In this document: positions 35,389 through 48,124 of the stretch, in pieces | How positions within the stretch are numbered: position 1 is the stretch's first letter | Layout of the letters: every line of letters starts with the position of its first letter | Source: Felis catus | Lineage: Eukaryota | Assembly: GCF_018350175.1 (NCBI RefSeq) | Contig: NC_058368.1 | Location: 138,634,001 to 138,698,000, forward strand | Reading direction: 5' to 3' | DNA length: 64,000 bases | Translations under genes and position numbers: made by a program | Notes under the pieces: model-generated | Seen by the model: only the letters and a program-made list of their open reading frames with translations | Databases searched by the model: none | Told to the model about the DNA's origin: nothing

Positions 35389-35622
35389 GGGGCGCCTGGG
35401 TGGCTCAGTCAGTGGAGCGTCCGACTCTTAGTTTGGGTTCAGGTCATCATCTCCTGGTTCGTGGGTTCGAGCCCCGCATTGGGCTCCGTGCTGACAGCGT
35501 GGAGCCTGCTTGGGATTCTCTCTCTCCCTCTCTCTCTGTTCCTCCCCGACTCACTCTCTCTGTCTCTCTCTCAAAAATAAATAAACTTTAAAAATTTTTT
35601 TAACTTAAAAAAACGAATAAAT
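35389..35622 (+). mobile_element. Can-SINE
   Basis: Full element; 17-bp TSD with 2 mismatches (35372-35388 / 35623-35639). Confidence 0.95.
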
Positions 35623-36998
35623 AAAACAAATGCGTTCTTAATGCCAAAGGTGTGTGACAACTGAAATATGAGGGAAGTATGTCTAAAGTTTTCTCTGGAA
35701 GCTCAGGTTTTGGCTGTGAAGGCTTCCTGTACATTATGGTGCAGGCTGGAACACCAGACCCAGGAATCCTTGAGCCAAGTTCCCCAGCACTAATTTGCTT
35801 CTGAGTACTTAAGAAGGCAACTTTCAGATGCCTTCCAGGAGGCATAGACCAGTGAGCTCTTGCCAGCCCCTGGGGAAAATGGTGACAGCCTTCACCATGC
35901 TCCCTTTTGGTTTTACGTGTGGTCCACATGATTTGTGGCATCTGCAAAACCTTCCTCTGCTTTCCACCATCTGGACATCCACTTCATACTAGATCTGGTC
36001 ACTTAGGCCAAGGTCTTCCCACAACAGGAGACTTTCTGAGGAGAAATTGGCCATTCTCATTGCCCACAAAGCAAGCTTCCAAACATGACCAAAACGACGC
36101 TCCAACCACTGGTGACTACTCTCGTGGGAGCCTGGGAAAGGTTCCTAGAACAGCTGGTCTCCATCCTTCTCACTCCCACTCTGTTAAATACTCATACCTG
36201 CATTTCTCCCAAACAATGCCTATCACTTTGAAAAGCCCAGAATCCTCTGTTAGATCACATGGATGATTTAAAAGCAGGGTCATTAAATTACCTTCTAATT
36301 AGTCGGCTCTCATAGTGCCAAGCCAGATTGGCCAGAGGCTGAGTCCCTTTATTGTATGATTAGCATATTACTCAGGCCAACTCTAACAAACACAAACAGC
36401 TAGAAAGACAATGTTGAGAAGACCAGCGACCAGCATGAAACCATTTCTAATCCAGGTTCTACATTTGCTCCCACATATATCAGAGGTTAAGAATGGGATT
36501 AATTTACACACAAAGCCAGGTTGGGAAAACTTTGTAGAATCACTCTCGGAAGAATGTATCATGCTTTGCACAGAGAGGTCACTCTACCAATATTAGCTGA
36601 TGGGAAATGTTTCTTGGTGTCTACATTCAAATATTTATTGACTTGGGGACAATAATTCCTTCAGTGGAGGCAATTTGGGTCCATTCTCTGGTTCAGCTTT
36701 GCCCTAATTTAAGAAGCAGCCCACTCTCTTACGATGAGAAAAGAGAACCTTCTCTTCATTGGTATAGCTGTGGTTTAGGAGTTCATCGTTTCTGCGGGTA
36801 ACTTGCTTCAGAAACTTCCATTCTATTTATTTTATTCCAAGCCAACCTCGGGGCTACTCTTTGTCATCACCCATCTTAACTGATCCTTCTTGTCTCAGAG
36901 GAAGAGCCCCTGTTCCTTTTAAAAGCCATTTTCAACCTTAAATCCCACCCTGCCAGCCCTATGTCTTCCAGAGCCTTTTGCTCTTTAAAGTCTTTCTT

Positions 36999-37402
36999 CA
37001 TGATCTCTCAGTCCGTGAGTTTGAGCCCCGTGTCGGGCTCTGCATTAACAGTTCAGAGCCTGGATGTTGCTGCAGATTCTGTCTCGCTCGCTCTCTGCCC
37101 CTCCCCTGCTTGCACTCTGTCTCTCTCTCAAAAATAAAACAGGGGCGCCTGGGTGGCGCAGTCGGTTAAGCGTCCGACTTCAGCCAGGTCACGATCTCGC
37201 GGTCCGTGAGTTCGAGCCCCGCGTCGGGCTCTGGGCTGATGGCTCAGAGCCTGGAACCTGTTTCCCATTCTGTGTCTCCCTCTCTCTCTGCCCCTCCCCC
37301 GTTCATGCTCTGTCTCTCTCTGTCCCCAAAATAAATAAACGTTGGAAAAAAATAAAATAAAAACATTAAAAAAAATCTTTTAAATAAATAAAAATTTAAG
37401 AA
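36999..37402 (+). mobile_element. 5'-truncated Can-SINE whose tail hosts a young SINE
   Basis: Starts at catgatctc; TSD aaagtct(t/g)tctt (36987-36998 / 37403-37414) brackets both elements. Confidence 0.88.
37142..37353 (+). mobile_element. Young feline Can-SINE nested in a SINE tail
   Basis: cttcagccaggtcacg diagnostic; TSD-like aaaataaaaca / aaaataaaaaca. Confidence 0.96.
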
Positions 37403-37903
37403 AAAGTCTGTCTTTTCCCCTGTCTTCAAGGATGCTTCCCCCGCCGCAAGATTTTACAATCTATCTGTCCCATTCTAAAAATAACTCTGCCTTGATTCTG
37501 CTTTCCCTTCCCAACAGAGTACTTTCTCCCTGCTCCTTCCCATGATGACAAGGCTTGCCACCTCCTCTTGTCACCTCCCTCTCTCCTCAACACAACGCCA
37601 CCTATCATCTGCCTCCAACACCCCAGAAAACCAGCTCTCATCAAGGTTACCAGCAACCTCCCTGTCCCCACCTCCGACATATTTTACTTCTCCTCTTACC
37701 ACCACCTTCGGCATTGTTGACTATACTGCCCCAACCACCTTCGGCTCCCAGCTCACCATTTCTTCCTAGCTTTTCTGTCCTCTGACCAACCTTTCCCTGT
37801 CCCTCTGCCTTGCTCTCTTCCTTCTAAATATTGATTCTGTCCCTGACTTTCTTCTCTTTTCCTTCTACTTGCTCTCCCTAGAGACAGTCAGGCACCCATC
37901 TTT

Positions 37904-38115
37904 TTTGTTTGTTTGGTTTTTGAGTTTCTTTATTTTGAGAGACAGCGTGAATGGGGGAGGGAAGGGCAGAGAAAGAGGGAGAGACAGAATCCCAAGCAGG
38001 CTCGGTGCTGTGAGCACAGAGCCCAATGCAGGGCTCAATCCCATGAACCATGAGATGATGACCTGAGCCAAAATCAAAAGTCAGACACTTAACCGACTGA
38101 GCCACCCAGGCGCCC
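37904..38115 (-). mobile_element. Can-SINE
   Basis: Antisense element; TSD aggcac(c/a)catcttt (37890-37903 / 38116-38129). Confidence 0.94.
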
Positions 38116-38552
38116 AGGCACACATCTTTAAATGCAGACCTACTTGAATTCTATATGCTGGTTTTGCTGCTTATGAGCTATCAGACCTTAGAAAAACACT
38201 TCACTTTCCCAGCTTCAGCTTTGTTTTCTATAAAGTAAGGCCGAATTATACCAACAACAATCACTCTTTGACTGAATTGTTCCAAGCTTGCAGAAGGCCT
38301 AGCCCATTGTTGATAAACGGAAAACCCAATACAAGGCAGCTACTGCTACGTCATGATTGTCTTTGTTGTCATGACCCCCCCAGAACGAGCTCTCCTCATC
38401 TTCTCCCCTGACCTCAGCCCCTGTATTTGATTCATGTTGCTCACTTCTGCGTTCCCAGCCGAACCCATCCCCTGAGCTTCAACCGACAATGCAGATCACC
38501 TACTAGACAGCTTCCCTGGAATATCCAAAGACACCTTAAATTTCACATGTTG

Positions 38553-38944
38553 TATTATGGGCTGACTTTGTCCTCCCCGAATTCTTATGTTGGAGCCCTG
38601 CGTCACAATGTGACTATATTTGGAAACAGGGCCTTGAAAGAGGTGATTGAGTTAAAATGAGGCCATTAGGGTGAGCCCTAATCCAATCTGACTGGTGTCC
38701 TTAGAAGGTGAGAAAATTTGGACATACAGAGAGATACAGGGGTGCACGCACAGAGGAAAGACCGTTTGAGGACATAGTTGGAAGACAGTCATCCACCAGC
38801 CAAGGAGGGAGGCCTCAGGAGAAACCAAACCTCCCCAACACCTTGATCTTCAACTTCTAGCTTCCAGAATTGTAAGAAAAAATTCTGTCGTTTAAGCCAC
38901 GCAGTGTGTGACATTTTGTTATGGCACCCTAACAAATCAACATA
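38553..38944 (+). mobile_element. MaLR solo LTR, MLT1B-like
   Basis: ttatgggctgac...gtgactatatttggaaacagggcc...gccctaatccaatctgactggtgtcctt...gtttaagccac...tttgttatggca. Confidence 0.9.
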
Positions 38945-40635
38945 TGTCCCAAGCTGAAACCACTGTGTGTTTCCTAAAACATGTTCCTCCTCCAGCATCC
39001 CTTCTTTTGGCTCATCAGTGACTCTTCCTTGTCCCTCATCTTCCACATGTAATCAGCCCCCAAGGCCCACTGATTTTCATTTCTGAATAGCTCACGAGCT
39101 ATGCGTCACCTTTCTTAGCTCAGGCTCACATGGTATCCCATCTGGTCTACTGCAGTGGTCTCCCACATCACCGATCTCTCTCACCATGTTCCTCCATTTC
39201 AATCCAGTCAGATGAATCAGTAAAAAGCACAGTCTTGTTTGCATCTGCCTTCAGCCAAAGTCCCTCATGAACCCCCCACTGCTTGGTAAAAGTTCCTCAG
39301 CCTGACACCTGAAACCATCATAATTTGGCTTCAGCTTACCTGTCACTCTTAGGTCTTGCCATTTCCTTCCTTAGACCTTGACTCTAGTCAAACCAGGGAA
39401 CTTACTGCTCCTGAGAAAGGGTTCCATCCTTTTTGACCACTGCCAGGGCAAAAATCCCTGCTCATTCTTCAGACGGTCATATTTTCCCCACTCTTTAAGC
39501 TCCAGCTCAAATTCCACACCACCTTATTCTTTCTTCACAGGAGGAGTCTTTGCGCTGGGCTCAGCCGCTGACAGCCCTCATCATGATAGCCTCTGTCATG
39601 TGTGTGTTCTGCTCAGTTGTAAGCCCGTCAAGGGCCAGAGGGCTGGCTCTCCTTCACCTCATTTCCCCCACTGTGCCCAGCACAGTGCCTGGCACATAGC
39701 TCTTCCACAGTGTTGATTGATGAGCAAATGGAGAATATTGGTAGCAAGGTCATAAAGGCAAGCAGGTCTTGGTACCCTAAATAAATCATTCTCAAAAAAG
39801 AGCTTCTGTTGCTGATTTCACTGTAGTCAATTGGGTTGTTTCTTCAACTCACCAAAATGAATCTATCTTCTGGAATTTAAGCATCAGAGAGGAGGTAAAT
39901 AACCAAAAATTTAAAAAGAGAAAACGATGGCGGGAGGCACAGGGTCTAGTTATGATGTCATTAATAGCCACCGTGTCCTGACATTAACATTCCTCCAGCA
40001 ACAATATTTATCTTTGTTAATGGTTCCTAGAGAGCTATCCTCACACCCACCCCAAACTGTTCAACTCTGTAAGCAACACTTACACCTGGTGCCATCTTAT
40101 CTGACCTTTCTGGTTCCCAAATAACCCACCCCTCCCACCACTTTTTCTCCTTCATTGTGACATCTATTACAGAACACAAGCACCATGAACTTAGGTCAGT
40201 GATGGGTACCATGGAATCTGTTCTGATTGGTCCCCCCTAGGAGCCACTGCTTGGGCTCAAAGCGTGACAGCACTCTTGACACTCTCCCAAAGCCATTCTC
40301 AAATGGGGCTGAAGCATCTGTGTTTGTGCCTTCTACTCATAAGCAGAGTGTGCGTTTGCAAGGATCAGATTGAACCCAATTCTTTGGGTTGTTTTATATG
40401 GTTTTTAAAATAAGAAAGAATGTATCCCATGTGCTATGCCAGTGTCTGCCTTTCCCACAACCGCACTGAGAGGGGCTAATCACAACATGGCTGCTTTGCC
40501 ATGGCCCTCAAACACTATGTGTTATAGCTTGCTATGTCCATTCTAAGAAAAGGAGATTCTGCCAAGCTAGTTATTAGTTTGCTTTTCTATTTTGGCAAAC
40601 AGATATAGTTCTACCTCCCTTAAACAAAAAAATGA

Positions 40636-41089
40636 GGGGTGCCTCGTGGCTTGGTCGGTTAAGCGTCCGACTTCGGCTCAGGTCATGATCTCACGGTCCG
40701 TGAGTTCGAGCCCCGCATCGGGCTCTGTGCTGACCGCTCAGAGCCTGGTGCCTGTTTCAGATTCTGTGTCTCCCTCTCTCTCTGCCCCTCCCCTGTTCAT
40801 GCTCTGTCTCTCTCTCTCTGTCTCAAAAATAAATACACATTAAAAAAAAAAAAAGAGGGGCGCCTGGGTGGCGCAGTCGGTTAAGCGTCCGACTTCAGCC
40901 AGGTCACGATCTCGGGGTCCGGGAGTTCGAGCCCCGCGTCAGGCTCTGGGCTGATGGCTCAGAGCCTGGAGCCTGTTTCCCATTCTGTGTCTCCCTCTCT
41001 CTCTGCCCCTCCCCCGTTCATGCTCTGTCTCTCTCTGTCCCAAAAATAAATAAACGTTGAAAAAAAAAATTAAAAAAAAAAACAAAAAA
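40636..41089 (+). mobile_element. Feline Can-SINE hosting a nested young SINE in its tail
   Basis: Perfect 14-bp TSD aaacaaaaaaatga (40622-40635 / 41090-41103) brackets two SINE bodies. Confidence 0.93.
40857..41069 (+). mobile_element. Young feline Can-SINE (nested)
   Basis: ggcgcagtcgg and cttcagccaggtcacg diagnostics. Confidence 0.96.
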
Positions 41090-41135
41090 AAACAAAAAAA
41101 TGAGCTTGTCCAAACAAAGCCTTAAAATAAATTTA

Positions 41136-41371
41136 GGGGCGCCTGGGTGGCGCAGTCGGTTAAGCGTCCGACTTCAGCCAGGTCACGATCTCGCGGTCCG
41201 TGAGTTCGAGCCCCGCGTCAGGCTCTGGGCTGATGGCTCAGAGCCTGGAGCCTGTTTCGGATTCTGTGTCTCCCTCTCTCTCTGGCCCTCCCCCGTTCAT
41301 GCTCTGTCTCTCTCTGTCCCAAAAATAAATAAATAAATGAAAAACGTTGAAAAAAATTAAAAAAAATAAAA
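41136..41371 (+). mobile_element. Young feline Can-SINE
   Basis: Same diagnostics; TSD-like taaaataaatt on both sides. Confidence 0.96.
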
Positions 41372-41419
41372 TAAAATAAATTGCAGGAGGACCTAAGATT
41401 CAGAAAATGTAAGGTCACA

Positions 41420-41570
41420 TATTAACTAGCTAGAGACAGTCCTTGGCCTCCTGAGCCTCAGTTTCCTTGTCTGGAAAATGGGCTAACGCCTGTTTCTCTC
41501 ATCCTAGATATTGTGCATATCCAACCAGATGAATACATCATTTGAAAATTGAAAAGCACCATGTAAATAT
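41420..41570 (+). mobile_element. MIR fragment
   Basis: ctcctgagcctcagtttccttgtctggaaaatggg. Confidence 0.6.
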
Positions 41571-42028
41571 ATCACTTCTTTTACATGTATTTTCCTATGT
41601 AATAACTCTGAGATTTCTTAGCTACATATAAAAGTTTCTTATCTAATAACTCAACATGTGTTTATGCCAATTAGTCTCCCATCACTAACAAATTTGTGCA
41701 CACTAAGTATGAGCAAGAATGTAATATACTTACCATGTGTCTAATACATGGTAGGTATGTAATCAATACTCACTGAATTAGTTAACTGGTTAATACTATC
41801 AGCTCTTTCTGAGTTGCCTATAGCTAGCAGTGGCCAGATTCACCTCACTTGGTTCTGTGGTCATTCTACACATTTTTTTTTACAGATTATTTTTCTTAAG
41901 ATGTGAATAAAACATTTTGGTCCATTGTGCCGTATGTATATACAGTTTCACATTTAGAGGCTTCTTAGCTATTTTCTTGGAGTAAGCCTCGAGTGGGAGA
42001 TGAGGGACACCTGGGGCTGAGGACTAGC

Positions 42029-42075
42029 AGGGAGGAGGAGGAGGAGGAGGGAGAGGAGGAGGAGGAGGAAAGAAA
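42029..42075. repeat. (GGA)n purine tract
   Basis: Read directly from the sequence. Confidence 0.9.
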
Positions 42076-43381
42076 TGTGTGCACAAGACTCTAAAGAGAG
42101 GACCTGGGAAGAGTCTCAATTCTGACACTTTCTATCCAGGTGTCAATTTCCTCACATTAAAAAACCAGGAGGAATAAGGTTTGTCATGTGGTAAGTAAGA
42201 TAATGCCAAGGATTCTAATTTTTACATCACAAAAGACGTAAGCAAGGACCCCTGAGGTTAAAACATTTTTTCTTTGATCATCGAAGTATAAACATGACCC
42301 TCGTTCTTAAACCAAGAGTCACGCTCCTTTCCAATTCCTTTTCTCAACGGGCATTTTATCTGGGCCCATTGGGAGTCCAGTATAGTGCTAGGTGCTACAG
42401 ATCCTTATCTTCAGGGAACACTCCAGTCTAGCTCTGTTCTGACTTTAGTCAAAGTTCTGAGAGACACCTTCCAAAAAGCTGAGTGATGATGTACATGCAG
42501 CTGAAGGCAGAATATATTCTGGGAAAATAAAACTTTTAAAAGTAGAGTCGTGTCTCATCACACCATATGGCCATGTGAGTGATCGGATGCATCAATCTTG
42601 TGCTATTGATAGAAAAATAGAGCGTATTTTATAACTTATAACTGTGAGCAATTACATCATTAAAGAATTTAAAAATAGAAATTATCTCTTATTTGGTTAG
42701 AAAGAGCATTGGGGGAAAATTAGATTCATCACCATATGGGTAACCTTAATTCTAATTTGCATTTTAATGGAAATGAAGCTTCCAATGCCTCATTTTCTTC
42801 AGTAAGCCTTTTGTGGGTCTCTCTAGCTTGAGCAAACCAGATTTCAGCTGGTACCTGGTTTTCCACCTCAAAAAGCATTTCAGGTGAGAATATCACATAT
42901 TGATATGTTAAGCCACATATATGCGGAATCCTTAAAAGTCAGCACCAAAGGTCCATGATTCTTTTTTGTAAAGGAATGTTTTTCTCTGATCTTAAAGGTA
43001 ATCTATATCATCTGAAAGAGAAACGTAAAAAAATAATAGATTGGAATCCCAGCATCCAAAAATAAACACACTGTGTACTACCTCATATTCTTCTTTTCTC
43101 TACCTACAGAAATGATGGTAATTTTTATTGTTTTTGTTTTTGCAAAAACAGAATATAAGGCATTCTGTTTGTGGTCCATATGTGTTCCGTTAGAGCAGAT
43201 TGTGAATATCTTCCTCTAGTCATACATGTAGATCAACATTAGGATTCTTATGGGCTGTGATATTATATGAATATGCCGCAGTTTATTTAACTTGCTTTCT
43301 ATTGGTAGATATTTAGTTTTCAGTTTTTTCTATTATAAACAATATTGTACAAATATCCTTGTACTTGGGGTAACTTTTTCT

Positions 43382-43601
43382 TTTTAATTTTTTTTTCAAC
43401 GTTTTTATTTATTTTTGGGACAGAGAGAGACAGAGCATGAACGGGGGAGGGGCAGAGAGAGAGGGAGACACAGAATCGGAAACAGGCTCCAGGCTCTGAG
43501 CCATCAGCCCAGAGCCCGACGCGGGGCTCGAACTCCCGGACCGCGAGATCGTGACCTGGCTGAAGTCGGACGCTTAACCGACTGCGCCACCCAGGCGCCC
43601 C
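43382..43601 (-). mobile_element. Young feline Can-SINE
   Basis: Perfect 16-bp TSD tggggtaactttttct (43366-43381 / 43602-43617). Confidence 0.97.
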
Positions 43602-43719
43602 TGGGGTAACTTTTTCTACTGTTCTAATTTTTGAAAATGGTACACAAAAATTTGCCACATCCTTTGGGAGGAGACACTTTGGCATAACTAAAAAAAAACA
43701 TTCAGTTCTTAAAATTATC

Positions 43720-44975
43720 AAGTGTGTCAAGGTAATTCAAGGATAGTCTTCAGCAAATATTGCTGGATAAAAAATTAATATCCATGTGCAAATAAAGGAA
43801 TCTCAACCTTGGCCTTACCCTAGAAGATAATTAACTCAAAGTAATCTTAGGTATAAATGTAAGAGTTGAAACAACATAAAGTTCTGCGAGAAAACATGAG
43901 AGAAAATATGACCTTGGAGTAAGCAGATTCTTAGGTAGAATACCCAAAGAACAATCTCTTTTTTTACGTGATAAATTGAACGTCATCAAAATTAAAAACG
44001 TCTGCCTTCCAAAAGATACTGTTAAGACGATGAAAAGGCAAGTCACAGATTGGGGAAAATAATTGCAGGACATATGTCTACTAAAGGACATTAGTAATAC
44101 GTAAATAACTCTTATTATATAATAATAAGACAAACAATCTGTTAAAAAACAAACAGGCAAAAGATTTAAGAGACGCTTCACCAAAGAAGATGTACAAATG
44201 GCCCACAGCCATGTGTGAAGACGCTCAACATCATAGTGGTTTGGGAAATGAAAAATTAAATCACATGATACGACTATAAACCCATTGGGATGGCTAAAAT
44301 AAGGAAGATCACCCATGTAAAGTCTTGTTGAGAATACTCAACAAGGAGTTGGAGCTCTCCTACTCTGCTGTTGAAAGCGTAAAATGGTTCAGCCACTTTG
44401 AAAAACAGATTGACAGTTTCATCAAAAGTTAAACATACACTTCCTCTACAAACTAGCTTCCTCACTCCTAGGTATTTATTCATTTGAAATAAAAACATGC
44501 CATGCTGTTACTTGTACAGGAAATTATTCATCACAGCATTATCCAAAATAGCCAAAAAATGGAAACCACCCAAATGTCTATCAACTGGTAAATGAAAAAA
44601 CAAACTAGGGTATCGTGGAATACTAGTCAATAATAAAAAGGAACGAACTACTGATACACGCAACCACATGGGTGAATCTCAAAATATGCTAAAAGAAAAA
44701 AAAAGCCAGAAATAAAGTCTACATACCATATGATTTCATCCCTATGAAATTCTGGACAAGGTAGAATTACAGTGATAGAAGGAGGCCAATGTTTGGAAAG
44801 GGCTAGGAGTAGTAGATAGGACTGTCCACAAAGAGCCATGAGGGACTTTTCTGGGATGATGGAAATATTTCCTATATCTTGATATGATGGTGTGTATCTT
44901 TCAAAACTCATTAAACCATATAGTTAAAATTGGTGAGTTGTATTGAATGTAAATTATACCTTAAGAAACTTCTTA
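43720..44975 (+). mobile_element. L1M (L1MB/MC-like) ORF2 end and 3'UTR
   Basis: catcaaaattaaaaacgtctg, cttcaccaaagaagatgtacaaatggc, caaccacatgggtgaatctc, ends tgtaaattatacctta. Confidence 0.9.
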
Positions 44976-45279
44976 AAAAATCGTGGAACTATATACGTCA
45001 ATACTTGCAAGAGATCTCCTCACCTCAATCCTAATCTTCATCTGATCCTTCATCTTGCAGGAATATCTGGTGATTTACTCATTTCTTGGTAAAAAAAAAA
45101 AACAATTTTGAAAATTGTTTTGATTCTTCAAAATGTCTTTTGTATGACAAACCAGTTATATGAAAGTGCCTTGTTTGTTCGAAACCTTATTCAGGATAAG
45201 GCAGTGTTGCCTGGTGACAGGCATCAGATTTCAGACTAAAAATGTCAGTCAATCCTCTGTATATTTAGAACCACCTAAG

Positions 45280-45480
45280 TGGTTTGTACGTGATATGTTG
45301 GATACCTGAGCATTTGATTGAGTTTTTCATTTCTCATCGAGGTGCTCAGGCGCGAAACAGACATAACATTCTGAGCTGGGTGAGTAGACATTTTGGAGGC
45401 CCAGGCATCTGGAAATATATTAGGCAAGTGCATGACCTAAAGATGTAAATTCAGGAGACAACATGGAACATGAGAGAGAC
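45280..45480 (-). mobile_element. Probable L2 fragment
   Basis: gagtagacattttggag...ctaaagatgtaaattcaggagac. Confidence 0.45.
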
Positions 45481-45544
45481 TGTTGATAAGACTTTTGCTC
45501 AGGAATTGATGATGGTAATAGAAATGCTGTTGCTGCTGCTGATA

Positions 45545-45750
45545 ACAATGGCAGCAGCCTATATTTCTCGAGTGCCCACGAGCGCCAGGCTCTGTGTTCG
45601 GCCGTTTACGTGCATCATCTCATTTACTCACACCTGTCCCATGAGTGCGGGGCTGTCCACAGTCCCACTTTATGAAGGAGAAAAGTGGACAAGTATGAGA
45701 ATCTGCCCCAACTTTGTACAGATAGTGGTGGACACAGGACTTTCATTCTA
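45545..45750 (-). mobile_element. MIR
   Basis: gcgccaggctctgtgttcggccgtttacgtgcatcatctcattt...cccactttatgaaggagaaa. Confidence 0.7.
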
Positions 45751-45980
45751 GAAAATGGTTCCAAGAGAGACACAGAGTGCAAGGAAAAATAGAGCCCTGA
45801 CAAAGGTGGGCACAAGCAGCAGACTGAAGAGAGGAGGCAAACACAACAGGCCAGTGGTCAGGCGAAGGATGCCGGGAAGAGTCATATGACATCCGCAGCG
45901 ACTGTTAGAGAACCACGAGTTTCAGATCCATGTGGAGAGGGCACTGTGTTTTCCACTAGTCTGTGGTTAAGAGGCTGTAG

Positions 45981-46169
45981 TTTATGTTATTTTTCTTAAA
46001 GTTTCTTGATTTATTTTTAAGGGGGGAGGGGCAGAGAGAGGGAGAGAGGGAGATTCTCAAGCAGGCTCCATGCTGTCAGCGCGGAGCTTGATGCAGGGCT
46101 CGATCTCATGAACCATGAGATCATGACCTGAGCCGAAATCATGAGTCAGATGCCTCACCCACTGAGTCA
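45981..46169 (-). mobile_element. Can-SINE lacking its extreme 5' end
   Basis: gattctcaagcaggctcc...gagatcatgacctgagccgaaatc...actgagtca; no TSD seen. Confidence 0.88.
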
Positions 46170-46539
46170 TGGTCTAATGGGAAAACCAACCCAGTTTCCC
46201 CTTACCTTACTGCAAACCGTAAAAGGAGGGTTTTCTTCTTCGTAACTTCTACCCAAACCTTTTTTCATCTTTATGTGTCTCCCACCGCTGGCATGCACAT
46301 CTGTGGCAGGACGACGTCCCCCATTGTCCCACAGCTCCATGCAGGTGATGCCTCTGAGGTATCGATGCCATAGAGTGGCAACTGGATTTTGGAAACTTAA
46401 GCCAGAGGTGTGTATGGATCGAAACACTAAGCAAATCGTGGCCCGTGACTTCATGTATTCAAAAGCCTGGCGAATGTTGCGTTCTGACAACCTAAAATAC
46501 CCTTACGCTTTCATCGGGAAAATGGTGCTTAGAGCATAG

Positions 46540-46680
46540 TGGGAGCTCATGTTTATCAAGCGCTCACCATGTGCCAGATGCTTTGCCCCGCCCTGCACAT
46601 GCATCCCCATGTTTGAGTCCCATCACAGCCTTCTGAGGTGAATATTATCCTATTCCGATATTATACGCAACGTAAAGATA
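46540..46680 (-). mobile_element. MIR
   Basis: gctcatgtttatcaagcgctcaccatgtgccagatgc...cacagccttctgaggtg. Confidence 0.65.
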
Positions 46681-47748
46681 AGATTGAAGCCGATGACTGT
46701 CTGATACCCTAGCTCTTCACCTCTGCTCTTTTCTGCTCTCCTCTTTGAACCCTAGCCTGATGAGAGACAGAGGACTGAAACCCCAGGGGTCTGCCCTGCC
46801 TGTATTTATTCCCCTGTAGGTAGAAACCTGGGCCACACAGAAGCTGGCTGTACATCAGCTCATGGAGGACTTTGGGAAGTTCGGAAAGCAAAAGTCCTCA
46901 GCGTAGGTGGTCATCACACGTCAGCTCAGCCCACCAAGTCTCCACCTCTCCCATCAGGCATGGAGGATCCAATTCCAGCATGTTCTATTGGAGCCCTGCA
47001 CATTCTTTACCATCAGGTGAAGGCAGTCTTGTCCAAAGAGTTTTCTGGGAGGTAGACAAGGATAGAAAGGCAGCCACTAAGTGAAACTCCACAATGGATT
47101 CGGGAAGCAACCATCGTGATGCTCTTAACCAATCGTTGCTACCTGGCCACTTCCCACACTGCTGGGGTTGTTGGCTTATATTTTAGAGGAGTATGGCAAG
47201 GAGGGGAAGTACCAGAAAAAAAAAAAAAAGAATTTTCTCTAGGAACCCTTTCCACTGCCGTTTTGTTGTGGAAGGCATTGGGTGGTAATGTCCTGAAGGT
47301 GGACTCTTGTGAGTAGATCTCTCTCTTTATGGCTTTGGATACCTCCAAAGGCCAAGACAAGCAGAGGTCAATTTACTCTGACCCCTGCTGCCCACAGAGA
47401 CCAGAGCTATTCGCTCCTGCCCATTTTCCACACGTCGGTACCTATTTGAGTGACTGTCAGCATGAGGATGCCTGTCACACATCTGTGCCAGAGCTAACGG
47501 AGAAGGCAGGATGGCCGTCTGCACGCAGTACAGGGATTTCCAAGGCACAGCTCGTACCACATGCATACAGCGTCTGAAACTCAGGGACATCCTGAACCAA
47601 AGCAGGAGAAGGCCCGAGAATAGGATATATCAACCGATTTCTTCTGTTGTAGTTAACAAACAAGTAGTCGAAAAATTCCAAACAGAAACAATGAGTTTTT
47701 TCTTCCTCAAACCTCAGCTTTATCGCTTTCATCCCAAATTTAATGTGA

Positions 47749-47976
47749 GGGGCGCCTGGGTGGCTCAGTCGGTTAAGCGGCCGACTTCGGCTCAGGTCAT
47801 GATCTCGCGGTCCGTGAGTTCCAGCCCCACGTCGGGCTCTGGGCTGACAGCTCGGAGCCTGGAGCCTGCTTTGGATTCTGTGTCTCCCTCTCTCTCTGAC
47901 CCTCCCCCGTTCATGCTCTGTCTCTCTCTGTCTCAAAAATAAATAAACGTTAAAAAAAAATTAAAAAGAAAAAAAG
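47749..47976 (+). mobile_element. Feline Can-SINE
   Basis: Perfect 15-bp TSD ccaaatttaatgtga (47734-47748 / 47977-47991). Confidence 0.97.
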
Positions 47977-48124
47977 CCAAATTTAATGTGAAACAACATG
48001 CTCTCTGCTAGGAAGAAAAGGGTGGACCCTCAGTGAGACATAGGAGAAGGCAGCCAGCATGCTCCCCCATTCCAGAAAATAAATGGTGGAGAGCGGATGA
48101 AACAGGCCTGACCAGGTATGGATA

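Larger units (their letters stand above)
37430..39730 (+). mobile_element. Fragmented L2, interrupted by SINE, MIR and MLT1
   Basis: ccagaaaaccagctctcatcaaggttaccagcaacctcc; 3' end cccagcacagtgcctggcacatag...tgttgattgatg. Confidence 0.75.

Noticed and set aside
37064..37360. Recurrent ORFs such as GAPGWRSRLSVRLQPGHDLAVREFEPRV and MAQSVKRPTSAQVMISRS (also at 18296, 32077, 41100, 43320, 47511, 57932, 63511)
   Set aside because: Translations of Can-SINE bodies, not a repeated gene family
43831..44316. 161-aa minus-strand ORF
   Set aside because: Antisense reading of an old L1
45099..45121. 11-bp-arm palindrome aaaacaatttt-g-aaaattgtttt
   Set aside because: Low-complexity AT-rich sequence next to a poly-A run
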